The notes beneath the pieces are model-generated. The model did not search any database. It was not told the DNA's origin and saw only the letters and a list, made by a program, of their open reading frames with translations. Below, piece after piece: positions 1-7,934 of a DNA stretch of 38,197 bases (within the stretch, counting starts at the first letter, position 1; every line of letters begins with the position of its first letter). The position numbers were made by a program, and so were the translations under genes. This DNA is from Candidatus Microgenomates bacterium (GTDB taxonomy: Bacteria > Patescibacteriota > JACPGU01). The stretch spans positions 1 to 38,197 of the forward strand of contig JACPGU010000004.1 of the NCBI GenBank assembly GCA_016188915.1, given 5' to 3'.

Positions 1-135
1 AAAATCGGGCGCGCGCAAATCGGGAAAAGCAAAGAAAACTTTTTTGTGGGGCGTGCCGGTTTCCGGCACGGCGGCGGGGCGGCTTCATTGGGGGTTTTGC
101 TCAAAGTAGGTTCGTCCAAGGTTCAGAATTTCCCA
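1..135 (-). mobile_element. Possible 3' remnant of a CPR-type serine-recombinase/IS-like element with its GC-rich downstream palindromic tail (cut by window edge)
   Basis: Minus strand reads ...KWEILNLGRTYFEQNPQ* followed by a GC-rich tract with hairpin CGTGCCGG-ttt-CCGGCACG (52-70). From recall this resembles a recurrent CPR recombinase C-terminus plus tail; not verified by search. Confidence 0.35.
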
Positions 136-179
136 TTTAATGCAAAAACACAGGTTTATATCTGTGTTTTTGCATTAAA
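136..179. terminator. Perfect 18-bp inverted repeat (terminator-like hairpin)
   Basis: TTTAATGCAAAAACACAG (136-153) / CTGTGTTTTTGCATTAAA (162-179), 8-nt loop. Confidence 0.7.
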
Positions 180-187
180 AAATAGTG

Positions 188-216
188 TTGACCACGATTT
201 GATTTTGCGATAAAAT
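188..216 (+). promoter_or_regulatory. Sigma70-type promoter upstream of the 23S unit
   Basis: TTGACC (188-193), 17-bp spacer, TAAAAT (211-216). Confidence 0.6.
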
Positions 217-350
217 GTTTAAGCGTTCTGACATTACAATTATTAACCTGTTACATGTTTACTTTTGGTAAAAATGAAAGGGGGCAAAAGCGGCGTTAGA
301 TTGTATTTGTCATGATGTGACAAAGCCGCTTTCTGGGCGGTCTTTTTTAT

Positions 351-427
351 ACACGAATTTCACGAATTTTATACCAATTTCACGAATGCATTAGTGGCAT
401 TAGTATAAAATCCATGGCATTTGTGCC
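351..427. repeat. Short-unit (CACGAATTT) hairpin element, family 2
   Basis: CACGAAT at 352, 361 and 381; inner inverted repeat TTTTATACCAAT (367-378) / ATTAGTATAAAA (399-410). Confidence 0.65.
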
Positions 428-1040
428 ATAGAACCTTAAAAAATAGCAAAAAGAGTAAAATTGTAATTTTCGCATGAAAATAACGAGTTAAAACGCAAAA
501 AATTAATGTTTTTTGTGTTGTAGAGTTAGCTTAATTAAAAGCATATTGGTGGATACCTTGGGATAGATGGCCGAAGAAGGACGTGATAGGCTGCGATAAG
601 CTTCGGGAAGGCGCCTAAAGCCTGTGATCCGGAGATTTCCGAATGGGGAAACCCATGAGCGTAAAACGCTCATACTCCGACTTTGAGTCGGAGAGGTAAG
701 CGAGCGAACTGAAACATCCAAGTAGCTCGAGGAAAAGAAAACAAAGTTATTCCCTGAGTAGTGGCGAGCGAAACGGGAAGAGTCTAAACCATGCAGGTGT
801 CAAGGCCACAGCCGTTGCCTGCGTGGAGTTGCAAGAGCAAACGTTCTCAACTGTGATTGAGAGGCAAAGTAAAAAAACATATTGCTAGTCGAAGGTCTCT
901 GGAAGGAGCCGTCAAAGAGGGTGATAGCCCCGTAGACGAAAGCGGTATGTCTTTGCTGTTTGTTTCTTAAGTACTATAGGACACGTGAAATCCTGTAGGA
1001 AGCTGGGGAGACCACTCTCCAAGACTAAATACCATCTGTC

Positions 1041-1085
<45 letters not shown>

Positions 1086-1138
1086 GGGAGGGGAGTGAAA
1101 TAGAATATGAAACCATATGCTTACAAGATATAGGAGCC

Positions 1139-1316
1139 GCCGTACCTCACTGTGTTCGGTACGGAATGTCTAATATCTAATTGACCTAATTTCTAATAAA
1201 ATACCCAATAAATAACTTCCCAATAATTAAGTTTTGGGTTTTGTGATTTGGAATTTGTTTAGAAATTAGAACTTAGAAATTAGAAATTTCGTCCGCCGAG
1301 CATAGCGAGGTGCGAC
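1139..1316 (+). other. Intervening sequence in 23S helix 25 (E. coli ~550 site)
   Basis: ~175 nt between GGAGCC and GGTGACTG where a short hairpin is normal; outer stem CGTACCTCACTGTGTTCGG / CCGAGCATAGCGAGGTGCG (G-U wobbles) encloses an AT-rich CTAATT/TTAGAAA repeat hairpin. Confidence 0.85.
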
Positions 1317-1815
1317 GGTGACTGTGTTCCTATTGATGAATGCGCCAACGAGTTAGCTAGGCGTGGCAAGGTTAAGCCTTTAAAGGCGGAGCCGTAGTGA
1401 AAGCGAGCATTAAAATGCGAATAGTCGCGTCTACTAGACCCGAAACCAGGTGATCTACCCATGGTCAGGATGAACCCCACCGAAAGGTGTGGAGGAGGTC
1501 CGAACCCATTAGTGTTGCAAAACTACGGGATGAACTGTGGGTCGCAGAGAAATTCTAATCGAACCTGGTGATAGCTGGTTCTCTTCGAAATATATTTAGG
1601 TATAGCTCCCAACTTATAATCAGGAGGGGTAGAGCACTGGATGGGCATTTGTTCCTTCGGGGACAATGTCCAAACAAACTCCGAATACTTCTGACAGTGT
1701 TGGGAAGTCAGACTGTGGGGGCTAAGCTCCATAGTCGAGAGGGAAAGAACCCAGACCGCAATCTAAGGTCCCTAAACATGTCTAAGTGGAAAAGGAAGTG
1801 AGATTACTTAAACAA

Positions 1816-1846
<31 letters not shown>

Positions 1847-1932
1847 TAAAGAAAGCGTAACAGCTCACTGGTCAAGTGATTTTGCGCCGACAATTCAACG
1901 GGGCTAAGGCATGTACCGAAGATGCGGATGTC

Positions 1933-2041
1933 AGTGCGGAGCACTGACACACGAATTGCACAAATCTTTGAACGAATCTCACGAATTTATTCGTGGTATT
2001 AGTTTTTTGTTCGTGTGATTAGTGTGCCAATGCTCTGCATC
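1933..2041 (+). other. Intervening sequence in 23S helix 45 (E. coli ~1170 site)
   Basis: ~105 nt between GCGGATGTC and GACATGGTAG; stem GTGCGGAGCA / TGCTCTGCAT encloses CACGAAT/ATTCGTG repeats. Confidence 0.85.
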
Positions 2042-3461
2042 GACATGGTAGAAGAGCGTTCTTGATGCGCTGAAGCTGACGCGTGAGCGTTGGTGGAGCG
2101 TCAAGAAGTGAGAATGTTGGCATGAGTAGCGATAACTCCGGTGAAAAACCGGGGCGCCGTAAAACCAAGGTTTCCTGGACCACGGTAATCGTTCCAGGGT
2201 TAGTCGGTCCTAAGCCAAACCCGAAAGGGGCAGGCGATGGACAACAGGTTAATATTCCTGTACTGTCGTAGTATCGCCCAAATACTGTCCTTTGCAAGAT
2301 AAGATTTATCTTTTCGCGCATTGGGTGGTCAGCAATGGGGTGACGCATTTTTGAGCTTGGAGCATCTTTTGGCTATTGGTGTTTAAGCGTATTTGGTGGT
2401 TTGATAGGAAAATCCGCAAACAAATCCAGGTGCGCGAGTAAGACCCGCCGATGAGGCGGGGATTCCAGGGGAAAAGGTGACAAGAAAAACCTCTAGCGAG
2501 ATACTATGATAACCGTACCGTAAACCGACTCAGGTGGTTGAGGAGAGTATCCTCAGGCGTTTGGAAGAACCTTCGTTAAGGAACTCGGCAAAAAAGCGTG
2601 CGTAAGTTAGCGATAAGCACTGTCCCCCATCACTTTGCAAACATAATTTTGTGAAAACTAATGTTATAGCAACAAGAATACATTGGTTAATTTACTGATT
2701 ATGTTATCAAAGTGATGGGGGATCGCAGCGAAAGAGCCCAGCCAACTGTTTAGCAAAAACACAGGTCCCTGCTAACTCTTAAAGAGGATGTATAGGGGCT
2801 GACGCCTGCCCAATGCCAGAAGGTCACGGAAGGGGGTTAGCGTGCTTTGCACGCAAAGCTTCTAACCTAAGCCCTGGTGAATGGCGGCCCTAACTATAAG
2901 GGTCCTAAGGTAGCGAAATTCCTTGTCTGGTAAGTTCAGACCCGCACGAAAGGCGTAATGATCTGGGCGCTGTCTCAACGAAGGATCCAGCGAAATTACA
3001 ATAACGGTAAAGATGCCGTTTACTCACAGCAAGACGGAAAGACCCCATGAAGCTTTACTATAGCCTGACATTGAATTAAGATTTTGTCATGCGTAGCATA
3101 GGTGGGAGACTTTGAAGTTCCGCTTTTGGGCGGGACAGAGTCGTTAGTGAAATACCACCCTTATAAGATTTTGATTCTAACCGGTCGAAAGACTGAGACA
3201 GTGTTTGGTGGGTAGTTTGACTGGGGCGGTGGCCTCCTAAAATGTAACGGAGGCGTTCAAAGGTCAACTAGCTCCGGATGGAAATCGGAGCGATAGCGCA
3301 AAAGCAAAAGTTGGCTTGACTGCGAGACGAACATGTCGAGCAGGGCGGAAACGCGGATTTAGTGATCCTTCGATGCAACGTGGGTTGCTCGAAGCTCAAC
3401 GGATAAAAGTTACTCTGGGGATAACAGGCTGATCCTATCCAAGAGTCCACATCGACGATAG

Positions 3462-3499
<38 letters not shown>

Positions 3500-3533
3500 G
3501 TGGAGCAACTCCCAAGGGTTTGGCTGTTCGCCA

Positions 3534-3566
<33 letters not shown>

Positions 3567-4294
3567 AAATAACATTGCGTTGTGTATCGGGAAACTGATA
3601 TACTAGTATTGACTTATATCGGTGAAGCCCTACTCTCTTTTACCAAACTAGAGAGAGGGTAATACCGAGGGAAGATTTAAGATTATGCCAAAAAGTAATG
3701 ATGCCTATATTGCTGGTTTTCTTGATGGCGATGGATCCATAATGGCTCAAATCATCAAGAAAAATGATTATCGATTTGGATTTCAAATCCGAACGAGTAT
3801 TGTTTTCTACCAAAAACAAGGCAAGGAAAGTTTTATGAATTGGTTGAAGAATCAATTACATTATGGATATATTCGCAAAAGAAAAGACGGAATGACAGAG
3901 TATGCCATAGTCGGTTTCAAGGAAGTTGAAGAGATTCTGAAAAGATTTCACTCGCATCTGATTCTCAAAAAAGAATTAGCGAGTCTAGTCCTAAAAATAG
4001 TTCAAATGCCAAAGAAACCAACAGTAAAACAATTTCTTGCAAACTGCGAAATGGTAGATAGATCAGCGATGTTTAATTATTCCAAAAAACGAAAGATAAG
4101 AACGCAACAGGTGAAAGAATACTTGGCAAAAAATAATCTTATTTCCCCGTAACGACTCATAATTATTCGGCAAAAATAATTATGGATGGTTTATTCAAGA
4201 AATCTTGGAATTCCATAACACGTCAACCCCTCCTCCGAGGCGTCGGAAAGGGTGAAGATATAGTCTGCGCCATTAGTAATAATGGAATAACGTG
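3567..4294 (+). mobile_element. Group I intron (728 nt) at 23S position equivalent to E. coli 2593
   Basis: Splits the conserved GAACGT|CGTGAGACAG; 5' exon ends in U with P1 AACGU/GCGUU; terminal G at 4294; P3 TTGAC (3609) / GTCAA (4222); R CGTAACGACT (4148-4157); S AAGATATAGTC (4255-4265). Confidence 0.95.
3685..4152 (+). CDS. Single-motif LAGLIDADG homing endonuclease, I-CreI-like
   Basis: YIAGFLDGDGSIMAQI motif and C-terminal FLANCEMVDRSAMFNYSKKRK match the recalled I-CreI pattern (YLAGFVDGDGSIIAQI; FLEVCTWVDQIAALNDSKTRK); stop codon overlaps the intron R element. Confidence 0.93.
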   Translation: MPKSNDAYIAGFLDGDGSIMAQIIKKNDYRFGFQIRTSIVFYQKQGKESFMNWLKNQLHYGYIRKRKDGMTEYAIVGFKEVEEILKRFHSHLILKKELASLVLKIVQMPKKPTVKQFLANCEMVDRSAMFNYSKKRKIRTQQVKEYLAKNNLISP

Positions 4295-4653
4295 CGTGAG
4301 ACAGTTTGGTCCTTATCTGCTGTGAGCGCAAGAAACTTGAGAGGGGTCGTCTCTAGTACGAGAGGACCGAGACGAACGAGCCTCTGGTGTACCAGTTGTT
4401 CTGCCAAGAGCATTGCTGGGTAGCTATCGCTCGGAAGAGATAAACGCTGAAAGCATCTAAGCGTGAAACTCGCCTCAAGACTAGGTTTCATTAAGATTCC
4501 TGGCAGATCACCAGGTTGATAGGCTGCAGGTGCAAGGGCAGTAATGTCTTCAGCCGAGCAGTACTAATAAATCGTAAGTTAATTCTACAACGCAGAGAGC
4601 GTTAGTTTTGCTTCTTGAGAATTTTACATTTTACTCTTTTTTGAATACATGAC

Positions 4654-4760
4654 TCTCGTGATTTTCAGCAGCAGGGCTACACCCGTTCCCATTCCGAACA
4701 CGGCAGTTAAGCCTGCTAGCACCGATGATAGCCTTTGGGCAAAAGTAGGTGATCGCGAGA
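4654..4760 (+). rRNA. rrf: 5S rRNA (short, ~107 nt)
   Basis: CCCGTTCCCATTCCGAACACGGCAGTTAAG core; terminal helix TCTCGTGAT / GATCGCGAGA; flanking stem TTTTTGAATACATG / CATGTATTCAAAAA. Confidence 0.95.
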
Positions 4761-4774
4761 ACCATGTATTCAAA

Positions 4775-4817
4775 AATCAAAGACACCCGGATATTTTTCT
4801 GGGTGTTTTTGATTAAG
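4775..4817 (+). terminator. rRNA unit terminator hairpin
   Basis: AATCAAAGACACCCGGA / TCTGGGTGTTTTTGATT inverted repeat right after 5S. Confidence 0.75.
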
Positions 4818-4854
4818 ATTGACTTTACTTTGTTTTTTGCCGATAATTAAGAAC

Positions 4855-5247
4855 ATGCAAACAGACGATTTATTAAAGGATATAAACCCCAATGACCCAG
4901 AGTCGGAAACCGTGGCGGAAAGCCAGGTTCATGATGCTTATCGGAAAGGGGAGATAGATGATGCGGCCATTGATTCTTTGGAGACGGTGGCTAATCTGCG
5001 GGTGCAAGCCGAAGAATTAAAACAGAAAGAGGATCTAGGAAAACACATAGGAAATACTTCTCCAGCGCCACTAGAAGATGCCCCAAAAGATTTGATACCT
5101 GAAAAAGTAGAAATACCGCCAATGCCTCAAGAGAAACCAAAAGCTGTTTTGCCGGAGGTCTCTAGCGAAATGAAGCAAGAGGCAAAAGAAGTGGCAAAAG
5201 AAGGACTTCCTAAAGAAATAGAACCAATAAATAATAAAAAGATATAA
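4855..5247 (+). CDS. Hypothetical acidic, Glu/Lys/Pro-rich protein (ATG 4855; track start 4819 is the -35 box)
   Basis: Open frame with charged low-complexity composition; promoter TTGACT-17-GATAAT ends 7 nt before the ATG. Confidence 0.7.
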   Translation: MQTDDLLKDINPNDPESETVAESQVHDAYRKGEIDDAAIDSLETVANLRVQAEELKQKEDLGKHIGNTSPAPLEDAPKDLIPEKVEIPPMPQEKPKAVLPEVSSEMKQEAKEVAKEGLPKEIEPINNKKI

Positions 5248-5260
5248 GAAAGGAGCGTTC

Positions 5261-6049
5261 ATGTTGAATCTTGAAAAAATATTTGGGAAAAAACAAGATG
5301 TGGATTCAAAAAAAGCCGCAGAAGAAGCGGTTCCATTAAGAGATTTAGAATCTCTATCGCTATTGGTGCAAGATAACGGAAAAAGAAAAGAATTTGATAA
5401 AAAAATAACTGCCTTGAGCAGGGATAATATGACATTGGGTATGCTCAAGCAAAAAATAGAAAAAATAGCTCGTGACGGAGAACCTTTAGTATCGGAAGAG
5501 CTAACCGAAAATTTACTCTCTGTCTCAAAAGAAGAAAATGGCGATTTGCAAAAGGTAATGCGTCCCGCTGTTGCCAAAATTTTGGAAAATATTTTTGCCA
5601 ATAGTATGAACAAAACTTTGCCTGAAGAACAAATAAAAGACCCTTTGGATGAAGATAACTTTTTTGCTGGTATAAAAATTAATTTTCCCAAAAACAAAGC
5701 TAGTCAGCGATTTGAAAGCATTCAGGGGTTGGCTAAAAGGGGAGTAGTGGGAGGAGTAGCTGATATCAGGGTGTCTTTTACTTCTCTTGACAGCCCATTG
5801 AAGGACCTTATCATGTATGCCGATGGCAGAATAGTTTTTAACGAAAAAGACAAAAAAACTGACGTAACTGTTGATGCGCAATCTAGCTCTGAAGAAAAAA
5901 TATATCTGGTGGACAAAATTACCGGTAGTTTGATGACGGCAAGAAGGGGGCATATGGAAAAAGAAAATGTGGCAAGAGAAAGAAAAGAAGAATTGCTATT
6001 GAGAGGTAAAAAATTGATGGAGATTATGAATAAAGAAACGCGAAACTAA
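5261..6049 (+). CDS. Hypothetical charged/helical protein, 262 aa
   Basis: Long ORF, AAGGAG SD upstream, followed by a terminator; no recognisable motif. Confidence 0.8.
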   Translation: MLNLEKIFGKKQDVDSKKAAEEAVPLRDLESLSLLVQDNGKRKEFDKKITALSRDNMTLGMLKQKIEKIARDGEPLVSEELTENLLSVSKEENGDLQKVMRPAVAKILENIFANSMNKTLPEEQIKDPLDEDNFFAGIKINFPKNKASQRFESIQGLAKRGVVGGVADIRVSFTSLDSPLKDLIMYADGRIVFNEKDKKTDVTVDAQSSSEEKIYLVDKITGSLMTARRGHMEKENVARERKEELLLRGKKLMEIMNKETRN

Positions 6050-6074
6050 AAGAAACTTGAAATATGTATTTTTT

Positions 6075-6110
6075 AAAATCTCCGGTTCTTCCGGAGATTT
6101 TTGGTATAAT
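6075..6110 (+). terminator. Terminator hairpin directly followed by an extended -10 (TGnTATAAT) for the mutM operon
   Basis: AAAATCTCCGG (6075-6085) / CCGGAGATTTT (6091-6101); TGGTATAAT at 6102-6110. Confidence 0.7.
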
Positions 6111-6205
6111 GGGGAGGCTAAGAAATTAAGAAATTAAGAAATTAAGAAAAATGGCCGTCGGGTACTCTTCTATTATTTTTTTACTTTTTTATTTTCTTAG
6201 ACAAA

Positions 6206-7084
6206 ATGCCAGAATTACCAGAAGTAGAAACGGTAGTCAGAGATTTGCGAAAAAAAATAGTCGGGAAGAAGATTCTCGAAGTTTTGTATTGCGATGAACC
6301 GAAAATTATTCGTGGCATGGCTGTTGCTATTTTCAAGAAAAAAATTATTGGTCAAAAGATTGAAAAGGTAGAGAGGAGAGCCAAGAATATTTTCATGTAT
6401 TTGTCAGGCGGGAGAGTATTGCATATCCATTTGAAGATGACCGGGCACCTACTGATTTCAGATTGTAGATTTCAGATTGCAGATGGGAAATGGGTTGGGG
6501 AGGGGTTGCCAAAAGAATTAGAAGAGAAGGTTAATCAATTCATCCATCTAGTTTTGGAGCTATCGGGAAGGACGATTTTGGCCTATTCGGATATGCGGAA
6601 ATTCGGTTTTTGGCATTTGACGTCAAAGGCTCATATTGAAGCGGTAGTGGCCAGACACGGCCCAGAGCCGTTAGATGATGAAATGTTCACTTTGGCGACC
6701 TTCCGAGCTATTTTGAGGGCATCAGGAGGCAAAATAAAACAAACATTGCTCGATCAAAGCAAAATTGCCGGTATTGGCAATATCTATGGCGATGAAATAC
6801 TTTTTTTGGCTGGGGTCATGCCCACAAAAATTGCTAAAAAATTAAGAAATAAAGAAATTGAAAAAATATATTATAATATCCGGCCGACATTGGAGAAGGC
6901 CATCAAAATGCGCGGCGCTTCCATAGGAGATTTTCGTGACACAGCTGGGAAAAAGGGGTATTATCAGGAAAGCCGTTTGGTTTACGGGAGGGAAGGATTG
7001 CTTTGCCTCCAATGTGGGGGAAAGATAAAGAGGATAAAGATTGCAGGGAGGAGTAGCTGCTATTGCCCGAAATGCCAAAGATAA
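6206..7084 (+). CDS. mutM: Formamidopyrimidine-DNA glycosylase
   Basis: N-terminal PELPEVET, HLKMTG, H2TH motif LLDQSKIAGIGNIYGDEILF, zinc finger CLQC...SSCYCPKCQ. Confidence 0.97.
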   Translation: MPELPEVETVVRDLRKKIVGKKILEVLYCDEPKIIRGMAVAIFKKKIIGQKIEKVERRAKNIFMYLSGGRVLHIHLKMTGHLLISDCRFQIADGKWVGEGLPKELEEKVNQFIHLVLELSGRTILAYSDMRKFGFWHLTSKAHIEAVVARHGPEPLDDEMFTLATFRAILRASGGKIKQTLLDQSKIAGIGNIYGDEILFLAGVMPTKIAKKLRNKEIEKIYYNIRPTLEKAIKMRGASIGDFRDTAGKKGYYQESRLVYGREGLLCLQCGGKIKRIKIAGRSSCYCPKCQR

Positions 7085-7154
7085 ACAGTTCTTATGGTAT
7101 AACGATTAACGTTTGGTATATCAAAGTAAACTCTGAATTCTAAGTTTATGCTTT

Positions 7155-7907
7155 ATGAATGAATTTTATCGCACAAAAGGCATTATTATCGGTAAAAGAG
7201 ATTTTTTGGAAGCTGATAAGATCTTGACAGTCTTTACGGAGGATTTTGGTAAAATCAGCGTCAAAGCCAAGGGCATCAAAAAAATCAAAGCCAAATTGGC
7301 CGGCCATTTGGAAATGTTTAATTGTGTTGACTTAGAGTTAATTAAAGGACGTAGCCATTATGTAGTAGTGGGAGCACAAGCTATCAAGACTTTTGAGAAT
7401 ATAAAAAAGGATTTTGATCGTACCAGCGCTTTTTACTATACTACTGAAATATTGGCAAAGATTTTGGCCGAAAATGCACCCCAAACAAATCTCTTTCATT
7501 TTCTTTTGGCTATCTTTTCCAGGTTAGAAGAGAAAAATGACAAAATTTTTCTTTTGATATTATTTTTTGAGCTTAATGTGCTGGATTTTTTAGGATTTAA
7601 GCCAGAACTAATGGTTTGTGTCGGATGCAGAGAAAATATCTATGGCCATACTTTTTTCTTTAGTGATGAGAGAGGGGGGATATTGTGCGAAACTTGTCAA
7701 AATTCTGATATTTTTTCTACCACTATCTCTCAAAATGCCCTGAAATTGATGCGCCTCCTTGTCTCCAAAGATTTCTCCTTTATTGAAAAGATAAAGATCC
7801 GGTCAGACATAACCAACGAAGTGAAAAATATTAATGGATTTTTTCTAGAGCATATATTAGGTAGGAAATTACGTTCAGCAGATTTTGTCACTATTAAACA
7901 AATTTAA
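7155..7907 (+). CDS. recO: DNA repair protein RecO
   Basis: GIIIGKRDFLEADKILTVFTEDFGKI OB-fold start; CVGC...GGILCETC zinc motif. Confidence 0.95.
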   Translation: MNEFYRTKGIIIGKRDFLEADKILTVFTEDFGKISVKAKGIKKIKAKLAGHLEMFNCVDLELIKGRSHYVVVGAQAIKTFENIKKDFDRTSAFYYTTEILAKILAENAPQTNLFHFLLAIFSRLEEKNDKIFLLILFFELNVLDFLGFKPELMVCVGCRENIYGHTFFFSDERGGILCETCQNSDIFSTTISQNALKLMRLLVSKDFSFIEKIKIRSDITNEVKNINGFFLEHILGRKLRSADFVTIKQI

Positions 7908-7934
7908 GATAACAGATTATAATATTATTATAAT

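Noticed and set aside
241-350. c-di-GMP-I (GEMM) riboswitch suggested by GGCAAA
   Set aside because: The remaining consensus (GNRA tetraloop/receptor, second stem) is not present.
2881-2930. Possible introns at 23S positions 1917-1943 (I-CeuI-type site)
   Set aside because: Sequence TAACTATAAGGGTCCTAAGGTAGCGA is continuous; no insertion.
4819-4854. Track start TTG 4819 for the first orphan gene (also 11043, 11371 and 31956 for other genes)
   Set aside because: These extensions overlap promoter boxes or upstream genes; downstream ATGs fit better with promoter, SD or signal-peptide position.
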